Shown here: positions 1-9,270 of the stretch, piece by piece
Position numbering within the stretch: the stretch's first letter is position 1
How the letters are laid out: the number at the start of each line of letters is the position of its first letter
Origin: an uncultured Nitrospiraceae bacterium
GTDB lineage: Bacteria > Nitrospirota > Thermodesulfovibrionia > Thermodesulfovibrionales > UBA6898
Assembly: GCA_963811165.1 (NCBI GenBank)
Contig: CAWEQH010000004.1
Coordinates: 256,001 to 320,000 of the forward strand
Reading direction: 5' to 3'
DNA: 64,000 nt
Translations under genes and position numbers: made by a program
Notes under the pieces: generated by a model
What the model saw: only the letters and a program-made list of their open reading frames with translations
Database searches by the model: none
What the model was told of the DNA's origin: nothing

Positions 1-401
1 TCAGCGTTGACCAGATTACTGTTACGCTCGGGGCTCAAGCTGCCATAGAAGTCCTCAAGACGCTCGGTGAGCATGTCAATGAACATTTCGGTCCACTGGG
101 GGGATTCTCATCCCGCCACAGAAGAGGCGAGATCCTTACGATACTGCCGCGGGTTAGCCTTGACGAAGCCGGGCAGTTAGTGCATGATTTTGCCCAGAGA
201 CTCCAGCAAAAGGCCCTTCCCGGGATCCAGGCACTTACCAGGGTAAAGACGGGACCCAAAGAAGGTTTCGAAATATTTGTGACTGCAGGGATGACTGAGG
301 GCAGTTCCTCTGACGACATTGATCAGATCATAGAAAAGGCTGAAGCGAATCAGAAGATAATCGCACGATACCAGTGGGATAAGGAGGGTGCTTCGAAATG
401 A
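1..401 (+). CDS. 3' end of a protein ending in a degenerate GGDEF-like domain (5'-truncated by the window); probably the Mla ABC ATPase or another mla operon gene
   Basis: Frame is open from nt 3: TLGAQAAIEVLKTLGEHVNEHFGPLGGFSSRHRRGEILTILPRVSLDEAGQLVHDFAQRL follows the GGDEF pattern with RHRRGEI in place of RYGGEEF; its stop overlaps the mlaD start (ATGA). Confidence 0.55.
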   Translation, partial: SVDQITVTLGAQAAIEVLKTLGEHVNEHFGPLGGFSSRHRRGEILTILPRVSLDEAGQLVHDFAQRLQQKALPGIQALTRVKTGPKEGFEIFVTAGMTEGSSSDDIDQIIEKAEANQKIIARYQWDKEGASK

Positions 402-871
402 AAAAATACTCGCTCGAAACGGTTGTCGGCATTTTTGTAGTCATCGGCCTCCTCTGCGTGGCATACATGACGGTGAAACTCGGCAAGGTCTCCCTGTTCG
501 GGGACAACTACTATTCACTCTATGCGCGCTTCGGTTCAGTATCAGGATTACGGGAGGGCAGCCCTATCGAGATTGACGGCATCGAGGTCGGGCGGGTGGC
601 ACGACTGACCTTGGACCAGGAAAAACAGTTGCCATTGGTTGCATTGAAAATCCGGAAAGGCGTCAGGGTTTATGACGACGCCTCCGCGGCGATCAAAACC
701 GCCGGTCTCATCGGCGACAAGTTCGTCAAGATCGACCCGGGAGGTGGTGGTGAAGTCCTCAAGCCTGGAGGGACGATCACCGAGACTACCTCCGCCACTG
801 ATATAGAGGAACTTATCAGTAAATATGCGTTTGGAGACATCAAAAAGGACGATAAGAAGGAGACAAAATGA
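398..871 (+). CDS. mlaD: MCE-family outer-membrane lipid asymmetry protein MlaD
   Basis: N-terminal TM helix (ETVVGIFV), SVSGLREGSPIEIDGIEVGRV and IKTAGLIGDKFVKIDPGG MCE motifs. Confidence 0.92.
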   Translation: MKKYSLETVVGIFVVIGLLCVAYMTVKLGKVSLFGDNYYSLYARFGSVSGLREGSPIEIDGIEVGRVARLTLDQEKQLPLVALKIRKGVRVYDDASAAIKTAGLIGDKFVKIDPGGGGEVLKPGGTITETTSATDIEELISKYAFGDIKKDDKKETK

Positions 872-888
872 GCTTTAAGGAAGAAGTC

Positions 889-1483
889 ATGAAGAAATAT
901 CTTATAGACGTGATCCTTATTGTTTGCCTGCTTTGTCCGGTCCCGGCCCTTGCAGGCGTGCCGCTTGATACGGTAAAGGGCTATGCCGACAAAGTGCTTG
1001 ACGTACTTCGGGACCCAGCCCTCAAGGCCTGAAGCTGCAAAGAAGACCAAAAAGGAAAAACTCCGGGCCATTTCAGAGAAGATGTTTGACTTTACCGAAC
1101 TCTCCAGGAGGACCCTGGCCAATAACTGGAAAAAGCTCAGTCCGGAGCAACAGAAGGAGTTTGTCGAGCTCTATACTTCTCTCCTCGAGGATGCCTATTC
1201 CAAAAAGATCATGGCGTACAGTGATGAGAAGATCACCTTCACCAAAGAGGTTCCCCTCAGTGAAAAGACGGTTGAGGTCCAGAGTACGGTTTTGAAAAAA
1301 GGTGCTGAAACCCCGATATACTACAGAGTGATGCTGCAGGATGGAGCGTGGAGGGTCTACGATGTTGTTGTCGAAGGGGTAAGCCTCATCAATAACTACC
1401 GCTCTCAATTTAGAGAAATACTCGCAAACAAACCGCCGGAGTCATTACTCGAAACCCTGAGGAAAAAGGTGGGCAAAGCCTGA
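889..1483 (+). pseudogene. mlaC: MlaC/Ttg2D phospholipid-binding protein, frameshifted near 1026-1031
   Basis: ATG 889 gives a signal peptide (MKKYLIDVILIVCLLCPVPALA) and stops at TGA 1030-1032; the rest (FDFTELSRRTL...WRVYDVVVEGVSLINNYRSQF) continues in the +1 frame to 1483. Confidence 0.85.
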
Positions 1484-1518
1484 GCCCTGCGTAAAGAAAC
1501 CGCAAAAGAAGAAAATCC

Positions 1519-2423
1519 GTGAAGCTCATACGTGCTTTCATACTGATCTCTGTTCTTGTGCTCTGTCCGGTCCCTCTCTGTGCAGCTACTTCTTCAACGG
1601 TCCCGGATGTGGAGCACTCTCATGAACCGTCGCATATCTTGCGCGAATCACTTATCGATAAATACCATAAGGTCGAAAAAGAATTGGGGGAAAGTCCTTC
1701 CGCTATTCCTTTCTTCATAGAATCGGCGGTGAGCAAAAATGCCTCCCATGTCGATATTTACGGCACTGTTAAGTATCCTTTCGATATTGTGAAGGATGAG
1801 CTTCTGGTTCCGACTAACTGGTGTGATATTTTTTTGCCTCATATTAAGGTAGGAGCATGTACGTATAAGAAGGTGAATGATACATGGCTGCTCAATATCT
1901 ATAACGTCAACAAATTCTCCGAACCTATCGAGGATGCATATCAAATGAAATTCGAGTACCGCGTCAGTGAGCTGCAGGCGAGGTATTTTGATGTTTCACT
2001 CACTGCACATGAGGGCCCCTTTCATACAAAGGACCACCAGGTCGGAAAGGCACGACATTTATTCATTTACAGTATTCTTTTCGTTACAGTTCTTTCGCAT
2101 ATTTGCTTATGAAACTATTCGGCGGCAGCAAGGTCGGTTTCAGTGTTACCGGGACAGATAGCAGCGGCAACCCTGTTTATGTGGAAGGTTTAAGGGGTTC
2201 AGTTGAGCGTGATGTTGCATGTTATTATCTTGCAGTTCTGGCATACCTGGACACGCTCAAGATTCCTGCTGAGCAACGCTTTGAGAAACGAATCAGTTAC
2301 TGGTATGATTTGGCGGCCCGTTTCAAAAAACAGCTGCTCGAAATGGAAAAGGAAGAATATCTCATCCAGAAGAGAAAGGACCGGGAAAGTCAACAAAAAC
2401 TTCAGGAAACTTTGGGCAAATAG
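1519..2423 (+). pseudogene. Exported hypothetical protein, paralog of 5473-6412, broken by a small deletion/frameshift near 2040-2052
   Basis: 1519-2112 (signal peptide, VDIYG, NWCDI, EGPFHTKDH) and 2103-2423 (KVGFSVTGTD..GNPVY..G.RG..ER) align consecutively with the 5473 protein; about 8 codons after TKDH are missing. Confidence 0.75.
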
Positions 2424-2480
2424 AGATATCCTGTTGAACGCGACGGCCGGCGTGGATACTCCTTCCCTTCTTTTGTGCCT

Positions 2481-2777
2481 TTATTCTTTATAGACCCTTT
2501 TCTCAACGTGGGCCTCTTCTTCAGGGGTCGAATCCGACAAGGTTTCACGTACTACTTCAACAGGATTTTTCCCCTCTTCTTTCATGCTGCTCAGGAAAAG
2601 TTCTATCTCCTTTTCAGCTTGTTCCCTCGTGTATCCGTATCTCGCCTGAAGCAGGCCCGGCAGCTGGTCCAGTTTTCCATCGACCGTATCTAGGTCTTTG
2701 TCAGTGAGAACTCCCCATCGCTGTCTTACTGCATCTTTTAATTGTTTCAACTTGTCTTGCATCATGTCTTTACTCAT
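2481..2777 (-). CDS. CsbD family stress protein (YjbJ type)
   Basis: KQLKDAVRQRWGVLTDKDLDTVDGKLDQLPGLLQARYGYTREQAEKEI matches the CsbD/YjbJ pattern; GGGGGAGAG RBS. Confidence 0.85.
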   Translation of the reverse strand: MSKDMMQDKLKQLKDAVRQRWGVLTDKDLDTVDGKLDQLPGLLQARYGYTREQAEKEIELFLSSMKEEGKNPVEVVRETLSDSTPEEEAHVEKRVYKE

Positions 2778-2832
2778 CTCGTCTCTCCCCCTTTATAGAA
2801 ATTCATAGTGATTTCCCATGCTCTGAATCTCT

Positions 2833-2985
2833 TCAGATCCTCCCAAGCAGCAGCAGGATGAGCAGAATCAGAAGTATCAATCCGAGTCCGCCGCTGGGAT
2901 AGTACCCCCAGTTCCTGCTGTGGGGCCATGTGGGAAGCACTCCGACCAACATGAGGACCAGGATGACAATCAGTATAGTTCCCAT
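2833..2985 (-). CDS. DUF3309 family small membrane protein (50 aa; below the ORF-track cutoff)
   Basis: Manual translation MGTILIVILVLMLVGVLPTWPHSRNWGYYPSGGLGLILLILLILLLLGRI; AAGGAG RBS. Confidence 0.9.
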   Translation of the reverse strand: MGTILIVILVLMLVGVLPTWPHSRNWGYYPSGGLGLILLILLILLLLGRI

Positions 2986-3014
2986 GACTTTTCTCCTTTC
3001 CTGTCTTAACTTTA

Positions 3015-3194
3015 CTAACTCCCCAGAACCTTCTTGACCTGGCCGATCTTTTCCTGAGCTTTGCCGGCTATATTTTCTACTTTGCCTTTGGCCTGCAACT
3101 TGGGATTATCGGTGATTTTCCCGGCCATTTCCTTGACCTTACCCTTTGCTTCGTGAAACGTGCCTTTCACTTTGTCCTTCGTGCTGGATTTCAT
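3015..3194 (-). CDS. CsbD family protein (59 aa; below the ORF-track cutoff)
   Basis: Manual translation MKSSTKDKVKGTFHEAKGKVKEMAGKITDNPKLQAKGKVENIAGKAQEKIGQVKKVLGS; AAGGAGG RBS. Confidence 0.9.
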   Translation of the reverse strand: MKSSTKDKVKGTFHEAKGKVKEMAGKITDNPKLQAKGKVENIAGKAQEKIGQVKKVLGS

Positions 3195-3244
3195 GGTATT
3201 CCTCCTTTAGGATTTCAATTTGAGGGCTGGTACTTTATGGGTGG

Positions 3245-3328
3245 CTAATGGCGCCGCCCCCTCCAGTAGAATCCACCACCGCCGAAGATCAAAAACAAAA
3301 CAAGTATTATAAGGATGGTTTCCATCAT
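3245..3328 (-). CDS. 27-aa single-TM peptide
   Basis: MMETILIILVLFLIFGGGGFYWRGRRH with AAGGAG RBS nearly identical to that of the DUF3309 gene; first gene after the sigma-54 promoter. Confidence 0.7.
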   Translation of the reverse strand: MMETILIILVLFLIFGGGGFYWRGRRH

Positions 3329-3373
3329 GACTTTCTCCTTTCTCTTTGAACTGTTACTACATAACTGTATAAC

Positions 3374-3390
3374 AGCATACCTTGTGCCAA
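3374..3390 (-). promoter_or_regulatory. Sigma-54 (-24/-12) promoter for the small-protein operon
   Basis: Minus strand TTGGCACAAGGTATGCT: TGGCAC and GG-N10-GC spacing. Confidence 0.75.
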
Positions 3391-3489
3391 GACCTGTGTT
3401 GAAAGAAAGGATTCTCTAAGACTTTGAATACATTGGAACTTCAGCGAATGCTACTATGGGGGGAGTGATACTTTGAAAAGTGCCGTCTT

Positions 3490-3520
3490 CTGATATATCA
3501 GGAGACTCCTGATATATCAG
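3490..3520. promoter_or_regulatory. Two tandem perfect palindromes CTGATATATCAG; candidate enhancer-binding-protein sites
   Basis: Identical 12-bp palindromes at 3490-3501 and 3509-3520, about 100-130 bp upstream of the sigma-54 motif. Confidence 0.6.
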
Positions 3521-3670
3521 GCAAGCACCATAAAGATTAGCACGCCCCACTCGTTAAGCGTGAGGACAGACGTGGCGGAGACGGGCTGGTTGACAGTCAA
3601 GGTCGAGCTGGTCGAGGCTGAGTTGATACCTTGGTCTGTCTCTGTAGGGAGCCGACTGAGCGCCAGTCGT

Positions 3671-3699
3671 TTGACGTGTATACCCCTTTGTGATATCTT
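3671..3699 (+). promoter_or_regulatory. Putative sigma-70 promoter of the AsmA gene
   Basis: TTGACG-17 nt-TATCTT with an extended TG. Confidence 0.45.
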
Positions 3700-3785
3700 G
3701 AAATCAAGATTTGCAAATTGAATGGACGCTGCATTGCTCGGGGAGGACCGGAATTTTTGTGGCCGGACAGTATAGTATTCCTCTA

Positions 3786-5447
3786 ATGACTGCGAAGAAA
3801 AAAATAGTCCTTTTTGTCCTTGGCGGCGGGGTGGTAGCCCTTGTTCTGGCAGCGGTCGTTTTCGCCCTCACCTTCGACATAAATTCCTACAGGCCCCGCA
3901 TCGAGGCCGCCGCTTCTAAGGCGACCGGCCTGGAGGTCAGGGTCAATGGGAAGATGGGGCTCTCTTTCTTTCCCTTTGGCATATCGGCCAAGGATATTCA
4001 TGTTACCGGCATGGGAGGCGAAATCCTTTCCCTCGAAAACCTGAAGCTCGGGGCGGAGTTGATGCCCCTGCTCAGGAAGCAACTCAAAGTCACCGGTTGC
4101 GAAATAGTCAAGCCGGTTGTCACGATCGTCAAAGACGCGGATGGGAAATATAATTTCGAACGCACTGAAAAAAAATCCACTGAAGAGGTGGGCGGAGCAG
4201 CCTACAGGTTGAATAATTTCAAGGCGTCCAAAGGGGTAATAGTCTATCTCGACAAGAAGACGGGGGAAAAGACGGAGTTTAAGGATTTCAATCTGGCTAT
4301 CAAGGACCTTTCGATAGCAGGGGACGTCATAAAGAACACCTCGTTCACGGGAAACTTCGACTGCAAGGAGGTGCTGCAAAAGGACTTCAGAATCGAGAAC
4401 CTCAAGACGCCTGTGAAGGCGGTCAGGGGGACATACAATTTGGAACCTCTTGCCATCGGGGCCCTCGTCTACGTTGACAAGAAGGCGGGAGAAAAGACCG
4501 AGTTGAAAGAAATCAAGCTGGCGATCAAGGACCTTTCGGTAGTGGATACCTCGGGGGCCATTATAAGGAACATCTCATTCACGGGAAACATGGACTGCAA
4601 GCAGTTACGGAAAGGGGACCTTAAGATCGACAGTATCAAGAGTCCTGTTAAAGTGGAGAAGGGAGTAATCTACTTTACGTCCCTGACCATGGACATCTTC
4701 GGCGCGAAGGCTGAAGGAGATGCCGTGGCGGACAAGTCGGAAGCCGATGCTCTGTATAAAATCAATCTGAAGGTATCGAAGCTGGACTTCGAAAAACTTC
4801 AGGAGTCCTTCGGCACAAAAAAGGTCATCGGCGGGAAGGGTGATCTCTATGCATCCCTGACGATGAAAGAAAAAGGAAGTCGTAATCTGATGAGCAGCAT
4901 GGACGGTACTCTTTCACTTCGGGGTGATAATCTCGTCATTTATACGATGGACCTCGACAAGGTCCTCTCATCATATGAGACAAGCCAGAAGTTCAATCTC
5001 GTCGACGTCGGCGCTTTCTTCATCGCAGGCCCTCTCAGTACGGTTGCGATCAAGGGGTATCGTTATGGGGACGTTTACAACCAGGTTCGCGGAGGGCGGG
5101 GCGCCATCGCACAGTTCATCTCCCACTGGAAGATCAGGGACGGCGTAGCAGACGCTTCGGACTGCGCCCTCGCGACGCACCATAATCGGGTCGCACTTAA
5201 AGGCAAACTCAACCTTGTCAGCGAGCGATATGATAATGTAATAGTGGCGCTTCTCAATGACAAGGGTTGCGCAAAATTCAAACAAGGCATCAGCGGTCCC
5301 TTCGGTAGTCCCAAGGTCGGCGCGGTAAGCGCGGTCGAGTCCCTTGCCGGCCCAATCTTCAATCTTTACAGGAAGGCAAAACGCTTTGTTCAAAGCGGCA
5401 AGTGCGAGGTCTTTTATAACGGCGCGGTACAGCAACCTCCAAAATAA
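3786..5447 (+). CDS. AsmA family protein
   Basis: N-terminal TM, FDINSYRPRIEAAASKATGLEVRVNG, ELMPLLRKQLKV, AsmA-like C-terminus; start placed at ATG 3786; internal ~75-aa duplication. Confidence 0.85.
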   Translation: MTAKKKIVLFVLGGGVVALVLAAVVFALTFDINSYRPRIEAAASKATGLEVRVNGKMGLSFFPFGISAKDIHVTGMGGEILSLENLKLGAELMPLLRKQLKVTGCEIVKPVVTIVKDADGKYNFERTEKKSTEEVGGAAYRLNNFKASKGVIVYLDKKTGEKTEFKDFNLAIKDLSIAGDVIKNTSFTGNFDCKEVLQKDFRIENLKTPVKAVRGTYNLEPLAIGALVYVDKKAGEKTELKEIKLAIKDLSVVDTSGAIIRNISFTGNMDCKQLRKGDLKIDSIKSPVKVEKGVIYFTSLTMDIFGAKAEGDAVADKSEADALYKINLKVSKLDFEKLQESFGTKKVIGGKGDLYASLTMKEKGSRNLMSSMDGTLSLRGDNLVIYTMDLDKVLSSYETSQKFNLVDVGAFFIAGPLSTVAIKGYRYGDVYNQVRGGRGAIAQFISHWKIRDGVADASDCALATHHNRVALKGKLNLVSERYDNVIVALLNDKGCAKFKQGISGPFGSPKVGAVSAVESLAGPIFNLYRKAKRFVQSGKCEVFYNGAVQQPPK

Positions 5448-5472
5448 TTCTCTTCTTGGAGTGTCCGGGCAC

Positions 5473-6412
5473 TCACTTAAGAGCCAGTTGAATCCGCCGC
5501 TGGAGTATCACCTGGTTCATATGCTCCTTTGCCTTGAATGTGAGGTAGTCCTTCTTGTCCAGATCGAAGAGCTGTTTCCTGTAGCGGCTCGTAAGATCAT
5601 ACCACTTGATGGTCCTCATGCTGAAACGACTTTCTTCGGGATAGGGCAACGTATTCATAAAGGACTGGATCGCGAAATAGTACCGGACAGCGTTGCGCTC
5701 GATCGCGCCGCGGGGCCCGCCGATATAGACGGGATTGCCCTTTCTGTCTGTTCCGGTCACCGTGAACCCTACCTTCCCCCACCCGAGTGTCGCAAAATAG
5801 GCCTTTTCCGCGAGGCGAAGTGGAACACTGTCGCTGTATTCATAACTGACGTGGACAAAAGTCTTTCCCACATCAAGGGGCAGGGCCTCGAACCTCATCC
5901 TGTGGTCTTTCGTGCCGAAAGGGCCTTCATCTGCACTGAGAATGATATCCAGATACCCTTGCTGCTGATCAACATTCCGGTAATGGTAAATGACTTGACG
6001 CGCGTCTTCCGGAGGTTGATAGACTTTGCGGCCGATGTAAAAGGTCAGCAGCCATGCTCCCGGCAGTTCCCTGTAGGTGCATGCCTTGACATTAGGATGG
6101 AGGGATACAATATCGCACCAGTTTGCCGGAACCTTGAGCACGTTGACAACGCTGCTGAAGGGATAATCGAAGATCCCGTAGACATCCACATGCACTCTGT
6201 CATCTCGCTCAAAAGACTCCAGACAGAGAGGAAGGCCGAAGCTGTTTGTCTCCAACTTGGCCAAGTTCCTGTGATAGGTGTCGAGCAGGATGTCTTCGCC
6301 CTGCCGGGGCTTTTCAACAGCTGAAGCCGGAGCCGGCAGAAAAAAGAATCGCAGCTGCGACCATGAACAGGAAGAATTTCGGAAGGTTTCCGATCTTATG
6401 CATCTGATTCAT
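5473..6412 (-). pseudogene. Exported hypothetical protein (possible START/SRPBCC-like fold); signal-peptide segment out of frame at an A6 run (6340-6345)
   Basis: The 263-aa ORF frame extends upstream as LPAPASAVEKPRQGEDILLDTYHRN; ATG 6412 (MNQMHKIGNLPKFFLFMVAAAILF) joins it only if one base of the homopolymer is removed. Confidence 0.65.
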
Positions 6413-6565
6413 ATATACAGTACTCAGGTTGATAGACTGAAGACTGTAAGTAACATAATGTCACAGTAAAAACTTTCAGAGCAATTTAATTTTGTGACTA
6501 AGTATTGCTTTATTGAATGACCTTCAGCCTTCAACCTAAACACCTGAGTAGTTACGTTCAATGTT

Positions 6566-7958
6566 TTACATCCATCGGGAAAATAGATGCGCAAACCACT
6601 CCCTGATCCTTGGGAACAAAGGCCTTTTCTTCCAATCTTCCCATTTAATCTGGTCGGACTCGGCAAGGTCCTTGGCAAACATCTTCTCCATTTCGACGGC
6701 AAACTCGTGACTCAGGATAACCGCATTCACCTCGTCATCGCTTAACAGGCTCCAGGAGTCCATGTTGGTTGAACCGACTGTCGACCAGACTTCGTCAATC
6801 ACCGCAGTTTTCGCATGCAGCAGGGCGTTGCGGCGTTCGTATATCTTCACCCCCGCTTTCAAAAGCTCGGAATAATTATACCGCTGTGCCTGCAGTGCCA
6901 GGTTAGAATCGGTGATTGCGGGAACAATAATCTTTACGTCAACGCCGCGTCTGGCGGCATCGGTGAAGGCATCCAGTATCTGGTCGTCGGGGATAAAATA
7001 GGCATTCGTCAGATGGATCGAATGCTCTGCAAAAGTGATGGCGGACACATAGACAATAAAAGTGATCCGGTTGTCCTGCCCGGGCGTGCTGCCGACCACC
7101 CGCACCAGGGCATTCCCCACTTCTTTCAGATCAGGGAAATAGTTCCGTCTCCGAAAGTTCCGGGCCCTTCTGCTTCTGCCAGGTATCAAGAAAGAGTTTT
7201 TGGAATTCAGCCACGGCAGGGCCTTCAATTTGAACGTCTGTGTCACGCCAGGGCAGTGGCGCCTTTTCATCCTTGTCCCTGCGGAAGGGCGTGCTCGAAT
7301 AGACCTTACTGATATTGATACCCCCGGTAATGGCAACTTTGCCGTCGATGATCAAAATCTTGCGGTGGTCCGGATGCGCAAGTAGCCATTTCCCGTGGGC
7401 CTTGAACGGATTTAGCGGATTGAATTCGACCACCTGAATTCCCCCGTCCCGCAAGCGCTGGAAAAAGGGGGCGGGTGTACTGAAACTGCCGATGCTGTCA
7501 AAAATGAGATTTACCTGGACACCCTCCGCCTGTTTTTGCAACAGCAGATCGGCAAATTTGCGGCCTGTTTCATCATCTTCGATGATAAAGGTTTCAAGGT
7601 TGATATGGTCTTTGGCATTCTGTATTGCTTTGAACATTGCGGCATAGGCAGCCTGACCATCAACGAGCAGAGTGACTTTGTTCCCCTTCGTCAGCGGGCT
7701 TTCGGTGACCGATTCTACCACGGCATTGTGGCGTTCCAGAATGTCCGTCGGGTCGACCGATCTCTTCAGCCGTTCCATGATAGCCTTGCTTTTTTGGGGA
7801 GATAACAGTCCTTTGGACGAAACGATTTGAGGAGGTTTCTGTTCAGCCGGCGCCTCATCAATCATTTCAGAGACGTTCGGCAAGGTCGCACATCCATTGC
7901 TGAGGCCCAGGATGGATGCGAGCAGAAAGAATAAAAAGAAAGGCTTGGCTCTTTTCAT
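6566..7958 (-). pseudogene. cls: Cardiolipin synthase (phospholipase D family), +1 frameshift near 7148-7152
   Basis: Two HKD motifs split across two ORFs (DHRKILIIDG in 7131-7958; LHAKTAVIDE..GSTN in 6566-7336); the junction reads GPELSE/RNYFPDL if one base is removed; lipobox-like LSNGC. Confidence 0.88.
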
Positions 7959-8125
7959 GGTCTCTTCATTAACTTTAGCACGAACTTTAACACGAATTCA
8001 GAAATCTTCAAAGAGAGCCCATGTAGCATGTCTATGCGCATCATTATGCCGACGGTCACAAATGCATTACAGAGAGAGTCTACCTCTCCAATTATGGAGC
8101 GACATTATGTGACACAAAACTATTT

Positions 8126-8134
8126 TGTTATAAT
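8126..8134 (+). promoter_or_regulatory. Extended -10 promoter giving a probably leaderless transcript
   Basis: TGTTATAAT ends 7 nt before ATG 8142; no Shine-Dalgarno. Confidence 0.5.
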
Positions 8135-8141
8135 AGCTACT

Positions 8142-9266
8142 ATGACCGGCATAGAGATTATTGCTGTTGAAGGGAGATCGGAACTAAGAAACTTCATTGA
8201 CCTGCCGTGGAGGATTTATGCTGAGTACCCCAACTGGGTCCCCCCCCTAAAGAATGAGGTCCGCCGGATGCTGGACCCCCGCAAACACCCCTTCTGGGAA
8301 TTTTCCGAGCGCATACTCTTCCTGGCGCGACGTGGTCCGGAAACGGTCGGAAGGATCGCAGGCATTGTAGATCGTAATTATAACAAGTGCCACGGCGAAA
8401 AGATGGGCATCTGGGGATTTTTCGAATGCACTGACGATACGGAGGCCGCAGCCGCCCTCTTCTCTTCCGTTGAGACGTGGGTCGGCCAGAAGGGGATGAC
8501 TTTCCTGAGAGGCCCGCTCAACCCGTCGATGAATAACGAGTCGGGGTTGCTCATCGAGGGGTTCGATTATCCGCCTGCTGTGTCGATGACTTACAATCCA
8601 CCGTATTACCTCAGGCTGATCGAATCGTGCGGCTTCACCAAAGAGAAGGACCTGCTGGCCTTTCTACTGGATGGAGGCGATTACCGGCTGCCTGATTGGA
8701 TGGACCGTCTTGCTGAACGGACCGCCCAAAAAAAAGGTGTCCGCATCAGGCACGTCGATCCGAAGAATCGGGATGCCGAGTTCGCCCTGATCAGGGAGAT
8801 CTACAACGACTCCTGGGCCGGCAACTGGGGTTTTGTCCCCCTGACGGAAAACGAGATGAAGGACATTCAAAAAAGTGTAAAGCCCTTCGCGGACCCGGAC
8901 CTGGTGTTCTTCATCTATTATGAGAATGAGCCGGCGGCGGTCTGCGTGATCTTTCCCGACATCAACCCTTTGCTCAAGCGCCTCAACGGCAGGATAGGCC
9001 TGCTTGGTCTGTTCAAGGCGCTCATCTATCGGCGGGAGATCAACGGATTGAGGTTGTTGATGTTCGGAATCAGGGAGAAGTATCGACAACTGGGGCTTCC
9101 CATGCTGGCGTTCCGGCATATATATAAGATTGCGAGGGAAAACAAGAACTATCAGCATCTGGAGATGGGCTGGACCCTGGAGGACAACGAGTCGATCAAC
9201 GCATTGATAGAGGAAGCCGGCGCTAGAATATACAAGAAATATCGCATATTCAGAAAGTCGTTATAA
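8142..9266 (+). CDS. YghO / bacterial ceramide synthase-like GNAT N-acyltransferase
   Basis: FIDLPWRIY..PNWVPPL, GRIAGIVD, GIWGFFEC, RGPLNPSMN.ESGLLIEGFD.PP...M.YNPPYY, W..NWGFVP, EMGWTLEDN; start placed at ATG 8142. Confidence 0.8.
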   Translation: MTGIEIIAVEGRSELRNFIDLPWRIYAEYPNWVPPLKNEVRRMLDPRKHPFWEFSERILFLARRGPETVGRIAGIVDRNYNKCHGEKMGIWGFFECTDDTEAAAALFSSVETWVGQKGMTFLRGPLNPSMNNESGLLIEGFDYPPAVSMTYNPPYYLRLIESCGFTKEKDLLAFLLDGGDYRLPDWMDRLAERTAQKKGVRIRHVDPKNRDAEFALIREIYNDSWAGNWGFVPLTENEMKDIQKSVKPFADPDLVFFIYYENEPAAVCVIFPDINPLLKRLNGRIGLLGLFKALIYRREINGLRLLMFGIREKYRQLGLPMLAFRHIYKIARENKNYQHLEMGWTLEDNESINALIEEAGARIYKKYRIFRKSL

Positions 9267-9270
9267 TTTA

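Noticed and set aside
1030..1032. TGA in mlaC as selenocysteine or readthrough
   Set aside because: The downstream homology is in a different frame, so it is a frameshift, unlike msrA.
5344..6324. 326-aa plus-strand ORF
   Set aside because: Antisense to the 5473 gene, whose frame is supported by its paralog at 1519.
6520..6545. Short heptamer-like run TTCAGCC TTCAACC TAAACAC
   Set aside because: Too short and degenerate to support as a repeat element.
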